Below are positions 8,488 through 18,594 of a stretch of 64,000 bases of DNA, in pieces. Position 1 is the first letter of the stretch. Each line of letters opens with the position of its first letter. The translations under genes and the position numbers were made by a program. The stretch is taken from NCBI GenBank assembly GCA_018812715.1, contig JAHJCT010000011.1:114614-178613 (forward strand). The letters are read 5' to 3'. This DNA is from Candidatus Micrarchaeota archaeon (GTDB lineage: Archaea > Micrarchaeota > Micrarchaeia > Anstonellales > Bilamarchaeaceae). The notes under the pieces are model-generated. The model did not search any database. It was not told the DNA's origin and worked only from the letters and a program-made list of their open reading frames with translations.

Positions 8488-9777
8488 ATGAAAACACGAA
8501 TAGTATTGATAACGCTGCTGTTCGCCCTTATTTTTCTTTCAGGTTGTGTGAAGATTTCATACGATGCTGAGCAGCAATTTAATGAGGATGGTACGTCAGT
8601 ACTTACAGTTACTGAGTATGTTGGTGTGAGTGATGCAACAATGGATAGTCTTGATGACTTTCCAAGTTCTACTGATGCCTCAAGCATAACAACTCAATTA
8701 ATGCTGGAATACTACAAGAGCTCGGCATACTCACAATTTCTCTGTGATTTAATTGAAGATTCTTCAGTTGAATCATGCACGGCCCATAACGACGGATCTG
8801 TAACTGCAACAATAAATCTTGAACCTGGTGATTTCTACTCCTTTGAAAAAACCACTGATTGGGTTTCTCTAAAGGAAAAAAGCAAATACACTATTGATAA
8901 GGTTCCATTGATCTCTTATTACGCCAAGAAAGACAATGATGATTACGAAGATCTTTTCCAGGAAGATTTAGTTGAATATGTTGAAGAGAATATCGACACT
9001 TATCTTACTGAAGATATCCATTGTTCTGCTTCATACCCATTCGAATGTGAATTCTTGTCCGCCTCAACGCTTGAAGTAAGCACCAGTTCTTATACTCCTA
9101 AACGTATCCAATGGATAGGGTGCTCTGACCTAGAAAGCTGGGACTTTTTCTTCATGGAAGAAGAAGAGGCAAAGAATGCAACATCAAACGTAATAGAGCT
9201 TAACACTACTATAACATCTACCAGTCCACTTACAGTTGCGCTTTCCTGTCCACCAAATTCTCAATCAATAGTTGTATTCTATCTTCAGGAATCCTATTCT
9301 GGAGATATGACTAGCGAACTGGATGCCTTTGATATACAAACAAAAGAGGACATAAAACAAGAAATACTTGAAGGCCTTGAAACCGATACCTCCAGTATTG
9401 ACACTACCTCAAGCGTCTCATCTTCTGATACCACCGATTATTTCCTTAACTTCAAGACATCCAAATTCCTCACATCTACATTTGAGGAGTTATCTGATCT
9501 TGTTTCGTCTTCAAGTTATGTGAAATCAGAGGTTGAAATAAACTATGAAGCCTCTTTCCCAGAAACAGCCGTAAATGCAACCATTGGAGCAGAAAAACTT
9601 GCTTTGTCAGATAATACATTGGAGCTTGGATTGGATGATCTTGAAACATTGCCAAAAGGTTCCTTGATTGTCACTACTGAGAAAGAGCTCTCTCCGTTGG
9701 GCATTTACACATGGGCGATACCATTGCTTGTATTTGTAGCAATTGTTATCGTTGTGATACTGGGACTGAAAAAATAA
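8488..9777 (+). CDS. secreted acidic lipoprotein with C-terminal transmembrane anchor
   Basis: N-terminal signal with lipobox-like LSGC, very acidic Ser/Thr-rich body, C-terminal TM helix WAIPLLVFVAIVIVVILGLKK. Confidence 0.5.
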   Translation: MKTRIVLITLLFALIFLSGCVKISYDAEQQFNEDGTSVLTVTEYVGVSDATMDSLDDFPSSTDASSITTQLMLEYYKSSAYSQFLCDLIEDSSVESCTAHNDGSVTATINLEPGDFYSFEKTTDWVSLKEKSKYTIDKVPLISYYAKKDNDDYEDLFQEDLVEYVEENIDTYLTEDIHCSASYPFECEFLSASTLEVSTSSYTPKRIQWIGCSDLESWDFFFMEEEEAKNATSNVIELNTTITSTSPLTVALSCPPNSQSIVVFYLQESYSGDMTSELDAFDIQTKEDIKQEILEGLETDTSSIDTTSSVSSSDTTDYFLNFKTSKFLTSTFEELSDLVSSSSYVKSEVEINYEASFPETAVNATIGAEKLALSDNTLELGLDDLETLPKGSLIVTTEKELSPLGIYTWAIPLLVFVAIVIVVILGLKK

Positions 9778-9833
9778 TTCTTTTCTTTTTTCCATAACAA
9801 ACCATTTTAAACACCACTACACTAATTATTTTT

Positions 9834-10415
9834 ATGACCAGGAGAATGATTGCTTTCTCACGAACAGACAAAGCCTCTAAAATCGTTCAAGAAGTGCTAG
9901 CAGGAACCAATTGCTTAGAGTGCAAATCATGTTGTAGAACAAGAGGGATACATAGAACTCCAGTTGGGGGTACGGATCCGCATCATGAAGATATACGTAA
10001 ACTTGCCAAAAACAAATTTCCTGAGGCTATTCATCCAGAAATTAACGATGGCTTTGATATCCTATCTCCAGAAAGCTGCGCATTTCTAAAAGACGATCGA
10101 TGTTCTATATATGCCATACGCCCGGTAATATGCAGTGTATTCCCATTCATACCGCAAAGTGTTACAAGTTATTCTGATAGTAATGGTTTTACTACAGGTC
10201 TCAAAGTGGTCTTAACAAGTTGCTGTCCACCCCTAAGACAACTAAGCGATGAGGGTGTTCAATATTTAACACTTCACGATCTGCATCAACTTTCAGATAG
10301 AACCTTCCTGACTCGCTCCTTCTATACAGTTCTCTTTTATATGGAGAGAGGCATCGTTTTTCAGTCAGTGCGTTTTATTTCAAAAAGCGGAGATCTCGCC
10401 TTTCCCATCCTATAA
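9834..10415 (+). CDS. YkgJ/UPF0153-family CxxCxxCC metal-binding protein
   Basis: CLECKSCCRTRG... plus a later C...C cluster, the arrangement typical of the putative Fe-S/zinc-chelating YkgJ (FliB-like) family. Confidence 0.45.
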   Translation: MTRRMIAFSRTDKASKIVQEVLAGTNCLECKSCCRTRGIHRTPVGGTDPHHEDIRKLAKNKFPEAIHPEINDGFDILSPESCAFLKDDRCSIYAIRPVICSVFPFIPQSVTSYSDSNGFTTGLKVVLTSCCPPLRQLSDEGVQYLTLHDLHQLSDRTFLTRSFYTVLFYMERGIVFQSVRFISKSGDLAFPIL

Positions 10416-11165
10416 ATGCGCTCTAAAGTAATCTTCCACAGCTAATTGAAATTCTTTATTATTTGAATAACCAAACTTGTCACTGAGCTGAAGCAAATAT
10501 GGGTGTGGAGAGAAATGGGGGACAGTAATAGCATACCCTTCCATATCCATAGATGCTGATTTCATCTGAGCACCGCCATATTTTTCATATACTCCTTTGA
10601 ATTTTGCAGAACTCGCTACCCGTTCTTTAGAAACTATTCTCCCCTTCACTTGTTCATGCCTAAATAAAAATGACACCTTCTTTTTCTCCACTTTGCCAGT
10701 TACAAGATTCTTCATGGGCTTTTCAATATTTCCTCGTATTACTATCCGTTTCTCCTCAACCTCGCTATCATATTCTCCTTTTTGTAGGTGAAGCAACACC
10801 AGAGAAGTAAGGAATTCTTTTCCTTCCTTAAAATTTACTGATTTTGAAAATAACACTAAATTATTTCCTACAAAGAAAATCGAACGCATTGCTCCATGGG
10901 CAAATGAATTACCAAGACGTTCACCATCAAGCATGAGATTTTGGAAATAATTATTCGGTACAGCATAAGCAGTACGTGCCTCAAACATAGGCTCTATCAG
11001 TCGGATAGGCCATTCCATAGAAGAATAAATGCTCCGGGTAAGTGGCCGCAGCTCTTTCACTATTTCTTTTGAATATTCTAATCGTGCTTCGTCCTCTTTT
11101 AGCATTTCATTTATAAGATGACCGTATTCAGGTATGTTTTTTGCTTTCTTACAAAGTTCGCACAT
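10410..11165 (-). CDS. hypothetical protein
   Basis: 251-aa ORF with no recognisable motifs. Coding-like composition. Confidence 0.4.
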   Translation of the reverse strand: MCELCKKAKNIPEYGHLINEMLKEDEARLEYSKEIVKELRPLTRSIYSSMEWPIRLIEPMFEARTAYAVPNNYFQNLMLDGERLGNSFAHGAMRSIFFVGNNLVLFSKSVNFKEGKEFLTSLVLLHLQKGEYDSEVEEKRIVIRGNIEKPMKNLVTGKVEKKKVSFLFRHEQVKGRIVSKERVASSAKFKGVYEKYGGAQMKSASMDMEGYAITVPHFSPHPYLLQLSDKFGYSNNKEFQLAVEDYFRAHL

Positions 11166-11203
11166 GCTTTTTAAGTTTAATTATCTCATTTTTATAGTTT
11201 ACT

Positions 11204-12274
11204 ATGGACAAAAAATTAATTCTTCAGATTGCAGTAGTAGTGGTAGTGATATTCTTTCTTTTACAGCCATTAGGTATGGGAGGCCGACTTCCAGACTTCC
11301 TCTCATTTTTCAATAATGAAAATACAGCGACTCAGTTAACTGGCCTAACCGTATTCAACGCTACAATAAGGACGTATGATCCCTATCTTATACTAGCATC
11401 TGATACTAACCAATCAATCATAAATGAGCTAAATACCAGGGCCGATGTTAAAAGCGTGGTAACCGATGCCCAGGGGATTATAGTTGAAACAGAGACGAGA
11501 GATGATGTGTATCCTTTAGCATCCTATCTAAGAAGTAAAGGGGTCTCTTCACTATCCCAAGCAAATCTAGCACTCCCTCAAACAATACAAGTTGATGTAA
11601 ATGGAGAACAAAAAGAAATATTCACATCATCAGGAATAATACAAGTTATTTCAGAGGCAGTAGTTGATGCCGATACTGAAGTAACAGTCTCTATGATTGC
11701 CGTAATAAGCGGTAATCAATTAGTACAATACCAATCTCCATCAATCCTTTTCCAACAAACAACTATCCTGGTAAATGCTCAGGTCGTTGATCTTAATTAC
11801 AAACTATATACTTATACGATCCCATGGGAAAGCAGAAACTCCCTCGGTAATCTCTCTCAATATGGTGAGTATACTTATAATAAAAAAGACTCTATTATAT
11901 TCAATCCACCACTTGATATAAATCAAATACTCATAAAAAAACAATTCAGTTACATCGATTATATCGATGCTGGAAGTGCACAAGTAGCTTCTGATTTTGA
12001 CAACATTACTCAGTTGGAATCAAACTTCCAGGATGTTTCATATTCGCTTCCATCTTCACAACTAACAATAAAAACAAATGAAACGCCAAATATCTCTTTC
12101 AATGCAACTGTTTCTTATAATTATAATTTACTGCTTGAAACGGATTATGAGTTTGAAAACCCGGTTATAACTACAGATCTAAATGAAGAACAAAATGCAA
12201 CTGTAGAATTAAATATAAGCATAGTTGCACTTGGCAAAAAGGTAGTTTCTATAGGGAAAATCAGCCCATCCTGA
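11204..12274 (+). CDS. secreted/membrane-anchored hypothetical protein
   Basis: N-terminal hydrophobic signal anchor IAVVVVVIFFLLQPLG, Asn/Thr/Ser-rich body. Confidence 0.45.
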   Translation: MDKKLILQIAVVVVVIFFLLQPLGMGGRLPDFLSFFNNENTATQLTGLTVFNATIRTYDPYLILASDTNQSIINELNTRADVKSVVTDAQGIIVETETRDDVYPLASYLRSKGVSSLSQANLALPQTIQVDVNGEQKEIFTSSGIIQVISEAVVDADTEVTVSMIAVISGNQLVQYQSPSILFQQTTILVNAQVVDLNYKLYTYTIPWESRNSLGNLSQYGEYTYNKKDSIIFNPPLDINQILIKKQFSYIDYIDAGSAQVASDFDNITQLESNFQDVSYSLPSSQLTIKTNETPNISFNATVSYNYNLLLETDYEFENPVITTDLNEEQNATVELNISIVALGKKVVSIGKISPS

Positions 12275-12800
12275 CAATCTTTCTTATTCTTTTATCTGCT
12301 TCAATAGAATCAAGATAGTCAACTGCTTGTTTTGGGATGTGTTCAGCCCAACCCCTATCATTCTCTACCATAAGCTTTCTTATGTACACTCCTTCCTTTG
12401 CTCCTCTATCGTAGAATTCAATTGATTTAACTAGGATACCGTGTTGCGAAAATAACATTTTTATTAAAGGATTATTCGAATAAACATTATTCACTGTCGG
12501 GATATGGCTTAAAACATGATCCACCCACACTCGGTTATCATTGACATCTGGCACAGGGACAATCACTATCCGTGCAATCTCATTTTTTGTGAAACAACAG
12601 CGTATCATTTCTATACGTTCGCCACATGTAAATGGATTTTCTTTAGTAAACAATTCTTCTGAACTGCCTATTACCACCACTACCTCGTTATATTTCTTCA
12701 AGAGTTTCTTTATTGCATGCAAATGTCCATGATGGAATGGCTGAAATCGCCCTATAAATAGTGCTCTTTTAATACTGCTCTTTTTTTCATTTTTTTTCAT
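12261..12800 (-). CDS. nadM: nicotinamide-nucleotide adenylyltransferase (archaeal NadM type)
   Basis: ALFIGRFQPFHHGHLHAIKKLL is the (H/T)xGH nucleotidyltransferase motif in the archaeal NMNAT context. 179 aa. Confidence 0.8.
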   Translation of the reverse strand: MKKNEKKSSIKRALFIGRFQPFHHGHLHAIKKLLKKYNEVVVVIGSSEELFTKENPFTCGERIEMIRCCFTKNEIARIVIVPVPDVNDNRVWVDHVLSHIPTVNNVYSNNPLIKMLFSQHGILVKSIEFYDRGAKEGVYIRKLMVENDRGWAEHIPKQAVDYLDSIEADKRIRKIVRMG

Positions 12801-15800
12801 GCAGCCACCTTTATCCTTATTCCTACTAATTTTGACATATCTCCAGATTTTGTTACTCCTATAACAGCATCCGAGTTAGACATTAATATGTCATTGTGTG
12901 TTACCATAATAAACTGACTCTCCTTTGTTTTCATTATCAGATTAGCTAAATTTTTGCTATTTGGTTTATCCAAAGCAGCATCAACCTCATCTAATATGTA
13001 AAATGGTGCTGGTTTGAAAAACTGCAGTGCAAACATAAACATAAGTGCCACGAGTGTCTTCTCTCCACCAGAAAGAGCATCCAAAGAATGTTCCTGGTTA
13101 TTTCTTCTGAGTTTTATAAACAATCCACTCTCAAATGGATCAGAGGGATTATTAAGGTAAAGATGTCCCTTTCCTATATTAATATGATCAAACAGCTTAG
13201 TAAAGTTATCGTTAACCGCATGGAAGGTCTCAAAGAAGGCTTCTTTCTTGTGTTCTTCGATCTCATCTATCATTGATATTATCGCCCCCCTCTCACTATC
13301 CAGCTTTCCTATCCTATCTTCAACGTCTTCTATCTCTGCTTTTCTCTTGTCATACATCTCCACAGCAGCCATATTCACATTGCCCAGCTCTGCCAATGTC
13401 CTTTCTGATTCACCTATCATTCTACTGAGCTCATCCCTTTCTGCATCCATAAATTCTATGTCTGTAAACTCGGAAAATTCAGCCTTAATATCTTCGAGAC
13501 GGGTAGTTGTTGTTGCCTTCTTAATCTCAAGTTGATTCAGATCTTTATTTAGCTTGTCAAGCATCATTCTTTTCTCTCCGCGTCTTTCTCCAAGTTCTTG
13601 GAGTTCATTCTCATACCCACGCATTCTTTCGAAGAGTTTTTCTATTGCTTTACTTGCAGAACTTATCCTTCCTTCAAGCTCTAATAGTTCTTTTTGTTCC
13701 TCTTTGATCTGAATATTTACATTTTTTATACTCACTAATGCTTCTTTTTCTTCTTTGTTGAGTCTTTCCAATCTTTCCTTTTTTGATTGGCATTCTTTTT
13801 CTCTTAATTTAATCTCACTTCGTTTTCCTTCATTCTTTGTCCGTATTTCTGATACTTCACCACTCAAATCTGCTCTTTCTTTGCTGCTTTCTTCAGTAGA
13901 TTTTTTGAATTCTTTTTCAGCAGCCTCCATTTTCTCTCTTGCTTTTGTTAGTATTTCTTGCTTTTCTGATACAAGAACAGTGCATTTTTCTCTTTCTGTA
14001 ATCTTGTTTTTTATCCCGTTTTCGAGTTCCTTTATTTCATTTGCAAGCCGCTCCTTTCTTTTTAATGCAGTTTCAGTTTCCTTCTTTCTCTCATCAGCAA
14101 GTGTTTGTTTCATTTCAAGGGTTTTCACTCTTATCTCAAGCTGTGATTTTTCTGCACGCATTTTTGATTCATCTTCACGTATAGCATAAAGCTCTTGAAT
14201 AAGTGCATCTTTATGTGATTTTACATCAGCAAGGTCTGTTTCTATCTTTCTCAATTGATTGGCACTCAGTATACTGCTTTGAGCTCGCCCACCACTCACT
14301 ATTCCAGAACGTTCAAATATTTCGCCTTCAAGTGTAACCATCCTTGTTTTTCCTGTGCCAATTTTCTTTGCATCATGAACATTATCTACAAGAAGCGTAT
14401 CAGCAAAAACATACTCTACAGCCCTTCGTACTGCTGCTTTACAATCAACAACATCTAAAATCGATGAATATCTACCTTCTTTTGCAACTGGCGCTGTTTT
14501 TATAGAATCTATTGGTATGAATGTGGCCCTTCCAGCCTTTGCTTTTTTCAGTTTCTCTATAACACCTGTAGCAGTGTCTATAGAATCTACTACGATGTAA
14601 AGCAGCCTTCCTCCTCCAGCAGCTTCAACTGCACTGGCGTATGTTGGATCAAATGATATCAAATCAGCCAATATACCATATATGCCTGGTTCTTTCATTT
14701 CACTAATTAAACTAAGTGCAGGATTGGCAAGTTTTGGCGATGCCCTTATTTTGTAAATTGAAGCCTTTTCCTTGAGTTCCAGCATTTCTCTGTCCAATTC
14801 AGCTATTTGATTGTTTACTTCCTTTGTCTTTGCAAATGATCTCTCTATTTTTGCTGCTATCCCATCTGCTTCTGCCTTCAATCTGCTAACATCTTCAGAA
14901 GCCCCCCCATCATTAGAACCAGAAATTGCAATTGTCTCATATTCCTCTCTTTTTGCTTTAATCAATTCTCCCTTTGATTCTATTTCAGAAGAAGTTGTCA
15001 TCAATTTTTCTTTTGTTTGCAATAAATCTTGTTCACATTCGTATATCTCTCTTCTTAATCCAATTATCTCTTTATCCTCTGCTGTGCCCCCATATGATGC
15101 AAGCTTGGCCTCTACTTTCGCAAGCTCTTCTTGTAATGTTTTTACCTCCAATTCCAATCCTTTTATTATTTCATTTTCTTCACTGATTTCAGTTTCAATT
15201 GTTTTTTTCTCCTCTTTTGCATTTTCTATGAATTTTTGTCTATCTTCTATTAATTGTTTTTTCGAGCCACCAGATGCTTTCAATTCCTCCAATCTCCTGA
15301 TCATTGCATTAGTTTTTTGTTTTGACTGCAACTCTTGACTTGTTTCATGGCGTTTTATTTCTACTTCATCTATGATCTTGTTTATTCCGCCCATGTCCTC
15401 TTCTATTTTTCTCCTTTCTGAAAGCATTTTTTCTTCTTTTTCTATAACTCCTTCAAGATCTTTTTCATGTCTGTCTATTTCTATCTTCAACAATGTTCCT
15501 TTTGCATTTGTGAGCGTTTTTCGAGAATCTCTATACTTAATTGCTATTTCTTTTTCCTTTTCAAGTTCACGTAAGAACGCCTTTCTTTCACCCAAAACAA
15601 GCTTAGCATCTTTTATGCGGGTTTCAACTGTTTCTAATTCTCGCATTGCCTCTTTTTTCTTTTCTTCAAAATCAGCTATTCCAGCTACGTTATCTATGAT
15701 AAGTCTTCTTTCCTTTCCATTCATACTAATGATCCTTTGCACTTCCCCCTGTGCTATTGTATTCCTTCCAGAACCATCAAGATTATGTTTTTTCAAAGCC

Positions 15801-16141
15801 TCTAGAATTGCTCCCCTTGTTGTTCTTTTACCATTTAATCTATATAATATCTTTCCGTCTTGTCTAATCACTCTTTTGATTTCGAGTTGATCTCCTCCAT
15901 TCCCAAAAACAAGACTAACCTCAGCTGTTTTTGCTCCAGCATATATCAAATCTTTTACTTTTTTAGCACGCAAAGAACGCAAACTTTTTTCTCCCATTAC
16001 AAATCGTATTGCATCGCACAGATTACTTTTTCCACTACCATTAGGACCAGCAAAACATACGAATGTGTCAGAAAGCTGTGCATCAGCTGCTTTAAAAGAT
16101 TTAAAGTTCCTTAGCTTAAGCCGGGAGATATTAAACATCAT
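12797..16141 (-). CDS. smc: chromosome segregation protein SMC
   Basis: 1114 aa. N-terminal Walker A FAGPNGSGKSN, long coiled-coil arms, hinge, C-terminal LSGGEKTLVALMFMFAL and Walker B FYILDEVDAALD. Confidence 0.9.
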   Translation of the reverse strand: MMFNISRLKLRNFKSFKAADAQLSDTFVCFAGPNGSGKSNLCDAIRFVMGEKSLRSLRAKKVKDLIYAGAKTAEVSLVFGNGGDQLEIKRVIRQDGKILYRLNGKRTTRGAILEALKKHNLDGSGRNTIAQGEVQRIISMNGKERRLIIDNVAGIADFEEKKKEAMRELETVETRIKDAKLVLGERKAFLRELEKEKEIAIKYRDSRKTLTNAKGTLLKIEIDRHEKDLEGVIEKEEKMLSERRKIEEDMGGINKIIDEVEIKRHETSQELQSKQKTNAMIRRLEELKASGGSKKQLIEDRQKFIENAKEEKKTIETEISEENEIIKGLELEVKTLQEELAKVEAKLASYGGTAEDKEIIGLRREIYECEQDLLQTKEKLMTTSSEIESKGELIKAKREEYETIAISGSNDGGASEDVSRLKAEADGIAAKIERSFAKTKEVNNQIAELDREMLELKEKASIYKIRASPKLANPALSLISEMKEPGIYGILADLISFDPTYASAVEAAGGGRLLYIVVDSIDTATGVIEKLKKAKAGRATFIPIDSIKTAPVAKEGRYSSILDVVDCKAAVRRAVEYVFADTLLVDNVHDAKKIGTGKTRMVTLEGEIFERSGIVSGGRAQSSILSANQLRKIETDLADVKSHKDALIQELYAIREDESKMRAEKSQLEIRVKTLEMKQTLADERKKETETALKRKERLANEIKELENGIKNKITEREKCTVLVSEKQEILTKAREKMEAAEKEFKKSTEESSKERADLSGEVSEIRTKNEGKRSEIKLREKECQSKKERLERLNKEEKEALVSIKNVNIQIKEEQKELLELEGRISSASKAIEKLFERMRGYENELQELGERRGEKRMMLDKLNKDLNQLEIKKATTTTRLEDIKAEFSEFTDIEFMDAERDELSRMIGESERTLAELGNVNMAAVEMYDKRKAEIEDVEDRIGKLDSERGAIISMIDEIEEHKKEAFFETFHAVNDNFTKLFDHINIGKGHLYLNNPSDPFESGLFIKLRRNNQEHSLDALSGGEKTLVALMFMFALQFFKPAPFYILDEVDAALDKPNSKNLANLIMKTKESQFIMVTHNDILMSNSDAVIGVTKSGDMSKLVGIRIKVAA

Positions 16142-16194
16142 GTGTTTATCTCAGAAGAGCTTAAAAAGGATTTCTCGTTTTGTTATTAAAAGTG

Positions 16195-16854
16195 CTATTT
16201 AAAAGGAGAAATAGTACTCATCAGTTCTTGAAGTTTTTGGCTAAGCTCAAGCGACCCTTCCTTTAAATCACTTATCAATTCTCTTACTTTATCAACATCT
16301 GGTTTGAAAGAATACTCTAATTTCTCTTTGGCAAAAGTCAATATCATCCAAATCCCAAACCCAATTCCGCCTGCTATCATACATATTTCCTGGGATCCTG
16401 TTTGCATTCGAGATGCTATAAGAGATGTAATAATCGATATACCAGCAAATATAGCACTAATGGTCGCTGCTACATTCAGCATTCTATCCCACACATTAAC
16501 CCTTTTATCAATCCCCTCCAATTCCTCAAAATTTATTGTCGAGATATCCTCTTCAAGTGCGGTAATAATTCCAGGTATTTTTTCTTGTGCTTTTTGAGCA
16601 GCTCTACTCACATCTCTTATTCCACCCAATTGTGCTAATACCTGGGCATCATTTATTATTCCCAATTCTCTTCCAGCTGCGAAACGTCTTACACATATTC
16701 CATTAATTAGTGGACAGAGTTCATCTGCGCGATCCTTTGCCCTTGCAAAAATTCGACTCCTGGCTCCACTTCCCATGAGACCTCTTGCATGTTCAATTCT
16801 AATTAGGGGGATTTCCACGTCTTGTATTTTTTGGACTATCCTGGAATGAATCAT
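16195..16854 (-). CDS. hypothetical membrane protein
   Basis: 219 aa with two hydrophobic helices (NVAATISAIFAGISIITSLIA and ICMIAGGIGFGIWMILTF) flanked by charged helical regions. No family assigned. Confidence 0.4.
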   Translation of the reverse strand: MIHSRIVQKIQDVEIPLIRIEHARGLMGSGARSRIFARAKDRADELCPLINGICVRRFAAGRELGIINDAQVLAQLGGIRDVSRAAQKAQEKIPGIITALEEDISTINFEELEGIDKRVNVWDRMLNVAATISAIFAGISIITSLIASRMQTGSQEICMIAGGIGFGIWMILTFAKEKLEYSFKPDVDKVRELISDLKEGSLELSQKLQELMSTISPFK

Positions 16855-16947
16855 TCTACCAACTCTCTAAACTGAGCATTGGAAAGCTCAAACTTCTGAA
16901 AAATGGACTTTCACTTGAAATGCTGTTTCAAGATTTTCCATTAAAAA

Positions 16948-17050
16948 TGGACTCGGGGGGAATCGCACCCCCGGCCTCTCCCATGCCAAGGGAGCGCTCT
17001 ACTGCTGCCCAATTTCTTTTTTATCTAAGAATTTTCTGAGCCACGAGCCC
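16948..17050 (-). tRNA. tRNA-Ala (anticodon GGC) with ~30-nt insertion (probable non-canonical intron) in the D-arm
   Basis: Minus-strand read: GGGCTCG-TG-GCTCAG[AAAATTCTTAGATAAAAAAGAAATTGGGCAGC]AGTAGAGC-G-CTCCC-TTGGCAT-GGGAG-AGGCC-GGGGG-TGCGATT-CCCCC-CGAGTCC-A. Acceptor stem pairs with the G3:U70 Ala identity pair, anticodon loop is TT-GGC-AT, discriminator A. Exact intron boundaries uncertain. T-loop has unusual G at 55. Confidence 0.65.
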
Positions 17051-17053
17051 GTT

Positions 17054-17278
17054 TTATGAAGGTGAGATAAATGTTACTGAATCTCCACGTACGAGAACAG
17101 TTCCTACTCCACGCTTCACTTCTCCATTCACCATCTGCTCAGCTTTTTCAAGCACAAGGTTCATGTGAACATCGTAAGCTACCATAACTCCTCTAAACTC
17201 ATAGCCCCCTTTCATACCGACGATAACCGTGTTGTTTAGGGAACTGTTCAATACATCAAATGGTCTTCTCTCTGGCAT
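17054..17278 (-). CDS. Sm-like archaeal protein (SmAP/LSm)
   Basis: 74 aa, RPFDVLNSSLNNTVIVGMKGGYEFRGVMVAYDVHMNLVLEKAE matches Sm1/Sm2 motifs. Its stop codon sits 3 nt upstream of the tRNA-Ala 5' end. Confidence 0.85.
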   Translation of the reverse strand: MPERRPFDVLNSSLNNTVIVGMKGGYEFRGVMVAYDVHMNLVLEKAEQMVNGEVKRGVGTVLVRGDSVTFISPS

Positions 17279-17334
17279 AGTTTCACCTCAAAAAATAAAA
17301 CCTCCATCTTATCTATCATCGTATTCTTTTTAAA

Positions 17335-17805
17335 CTACTCGGTATTGATGATCGTTTCTATTTTTCCTGGCTCTCTAAAAATAATGATTCTATCAGCAGT
17401 ATTTCTAAGTGCTGCACTGAAAGCCACATCTGTTGCTATTATTACTGTCTTTTTTCCACGTTCTCTTGCTTTAACCAATACTGGTCTATAATCAGTATCG
17501 CGCGTCATTAATGCAAGCATGTCTATTTTTGGATCAAGAACATATTCCATTCCTTCTATAGCCATAGTTACATCTACGTCTCCAGTAGTTATTTCAGTTT
17601 CAAATCCTTGGTTTATCATTGCTTCTATCAGTTTATCTGAAGCATATTGATCAAGATATATCTTGGCTACTCTGATAGTTCCAAGTTTACCAAGTTCTTT
17701 TTTCACTTCTAGGAGATCTATATTGAATGCCTTGCGTAATATGTTTGGTCCATCTACAAGCAATGCAATATTTGGCTTTCCAGCATGCAACCATTTCAAA
17801 AACAT
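17335..17805 (-). CDS. NYN/LabA-like (PIN-fold) domain protein
   Basis: NIALLVDGPNILRK... with downstream acidic residues, typical of NYN-domain putative RNases. Track ORF runs to 17868, but the internal Met avoids overlap with tatD. Confidence 0.5.
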   Translation of the reverse strand: MFLKWLHAGKPNIALLVDGPNILRKAFNIDLLEVKKELGKLGTIRVAKIYLDQYASDKLIEAMINQGFETEITTGDVDVTMAIEGMEYVLDPKIDMLALMTRDTDYRPVLVKARERGKKTVIIATDVAFSAALRNTADRIIIFREPGKIETIINTE

Positions 17806-17806
17806 A

Positions 17807-18523
17807 TTAAAACCTGAAAAATCTCTTCGCATTTTCGGTAGTCTTTGCAGCAACCTCTTCGGCATCAATTCCTTTAATTTCTGCTATATAAGTAACTGCA
17901 TCCCTTATTGTTTCGGGAGTTTTTCCTACATACGGAGAGTCACTTTCCAATACTAATCTATCAAGCCTTATATTATTTATAACCTTCCTGCGCTCTTTGG
18001 AATGGAGATGCGTAACTGATATATAACCTCCATTTTTTACTATTTCTACAGCCTGCTCCTCAGTTCCAGAGAAGAAGTGCATAAGTATTTTTTTACCTTT
18101 TAGTGTCTGAATTATCTCGTCTATAGCATTTTTCGGTACCTTATTCTCAACAGGGTTGTTCCTTGAATGTATTACAAGTGGAAGCTTCATTTTATCAGAA
18201 AGTTCTATCATTCGCTTGAAAACCTTTCTTTGTTTTTCAACATCTTCCATTGTCTGTGCCCATTTATAATCAAGGCCCACTTCTCCAATTGCATTTGGTT
18301 CATTATTCTCTATAAATTTTGTCCAATCATCGAGCTTAGATATATCATCTTTGATTGCTGTTTGGGGTGCAATGCCCAGTGTAAATGGATAGCCTTTACT
18401 TCTAGCTAACTCTACTGCTTTTTTATTTGAAGAGGGGGAATATCCAGCTACTACCGGGGTTATATCCGATGAAATCTCGTATTTTTTTATTTCAAACAAA
18501 TGGGTATGCGCGTCTATCAACAT
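17807..18523 (-). CDS. tatD: TatD-family metal-dependent hydrolase
   Basis: IDAHTHL, GEVGLDY, VIHSR and LESDSPY motifs of the TatD TIM-barrel deoxyribonuclease family. Confidence 0.85.
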   Translation of the reverse strand: MLIDAHTHLFEIKKYEISSDITPVVAGYSPSSNKKAVELARSKGYPFTLGIAPQTAIKDDISKLDDWTKFIENNEPNAIGEVGLDYKWAQTMEDVEKQRKVFKRMIELSDKMKLPLVIHSRNNPVENKVPKNAIDEIIQTLKGKKILMHFFSGTEEQAVEIVKNGGYISVTHLHSKERRKVINNIRLDRLVLESDSPYVGKTPETIRDAVTYIAEIKGIDAEEVAAKTTENAKRFFRF

Positions 18524-18594
18524 ATTCAGGTTTAAAAATCCTAAGGTTTTATAACCTATAGTTGTTCGACTTATAATTCTTAATAGGTGTAAAA

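Noticed and set aside
13088-15890. Multiple + strand ORFs (Ser/Phe/Leu-rich) inside the SMC gene
   Set aside because: Antisense to the 1114-aa SMC coiled-coil region. Low-complexity translations generated by the Glu/Lys-rich periodicity of the sense strand.
16195-16854. Candidate ScpA kleisin, because it lies immediately upstream of smc
   Set aside because: Contains two clear hydrophobic transmembrane helices and lacks the ScpA winged-helix pattern. Kept as a hypothetical membrane protein.
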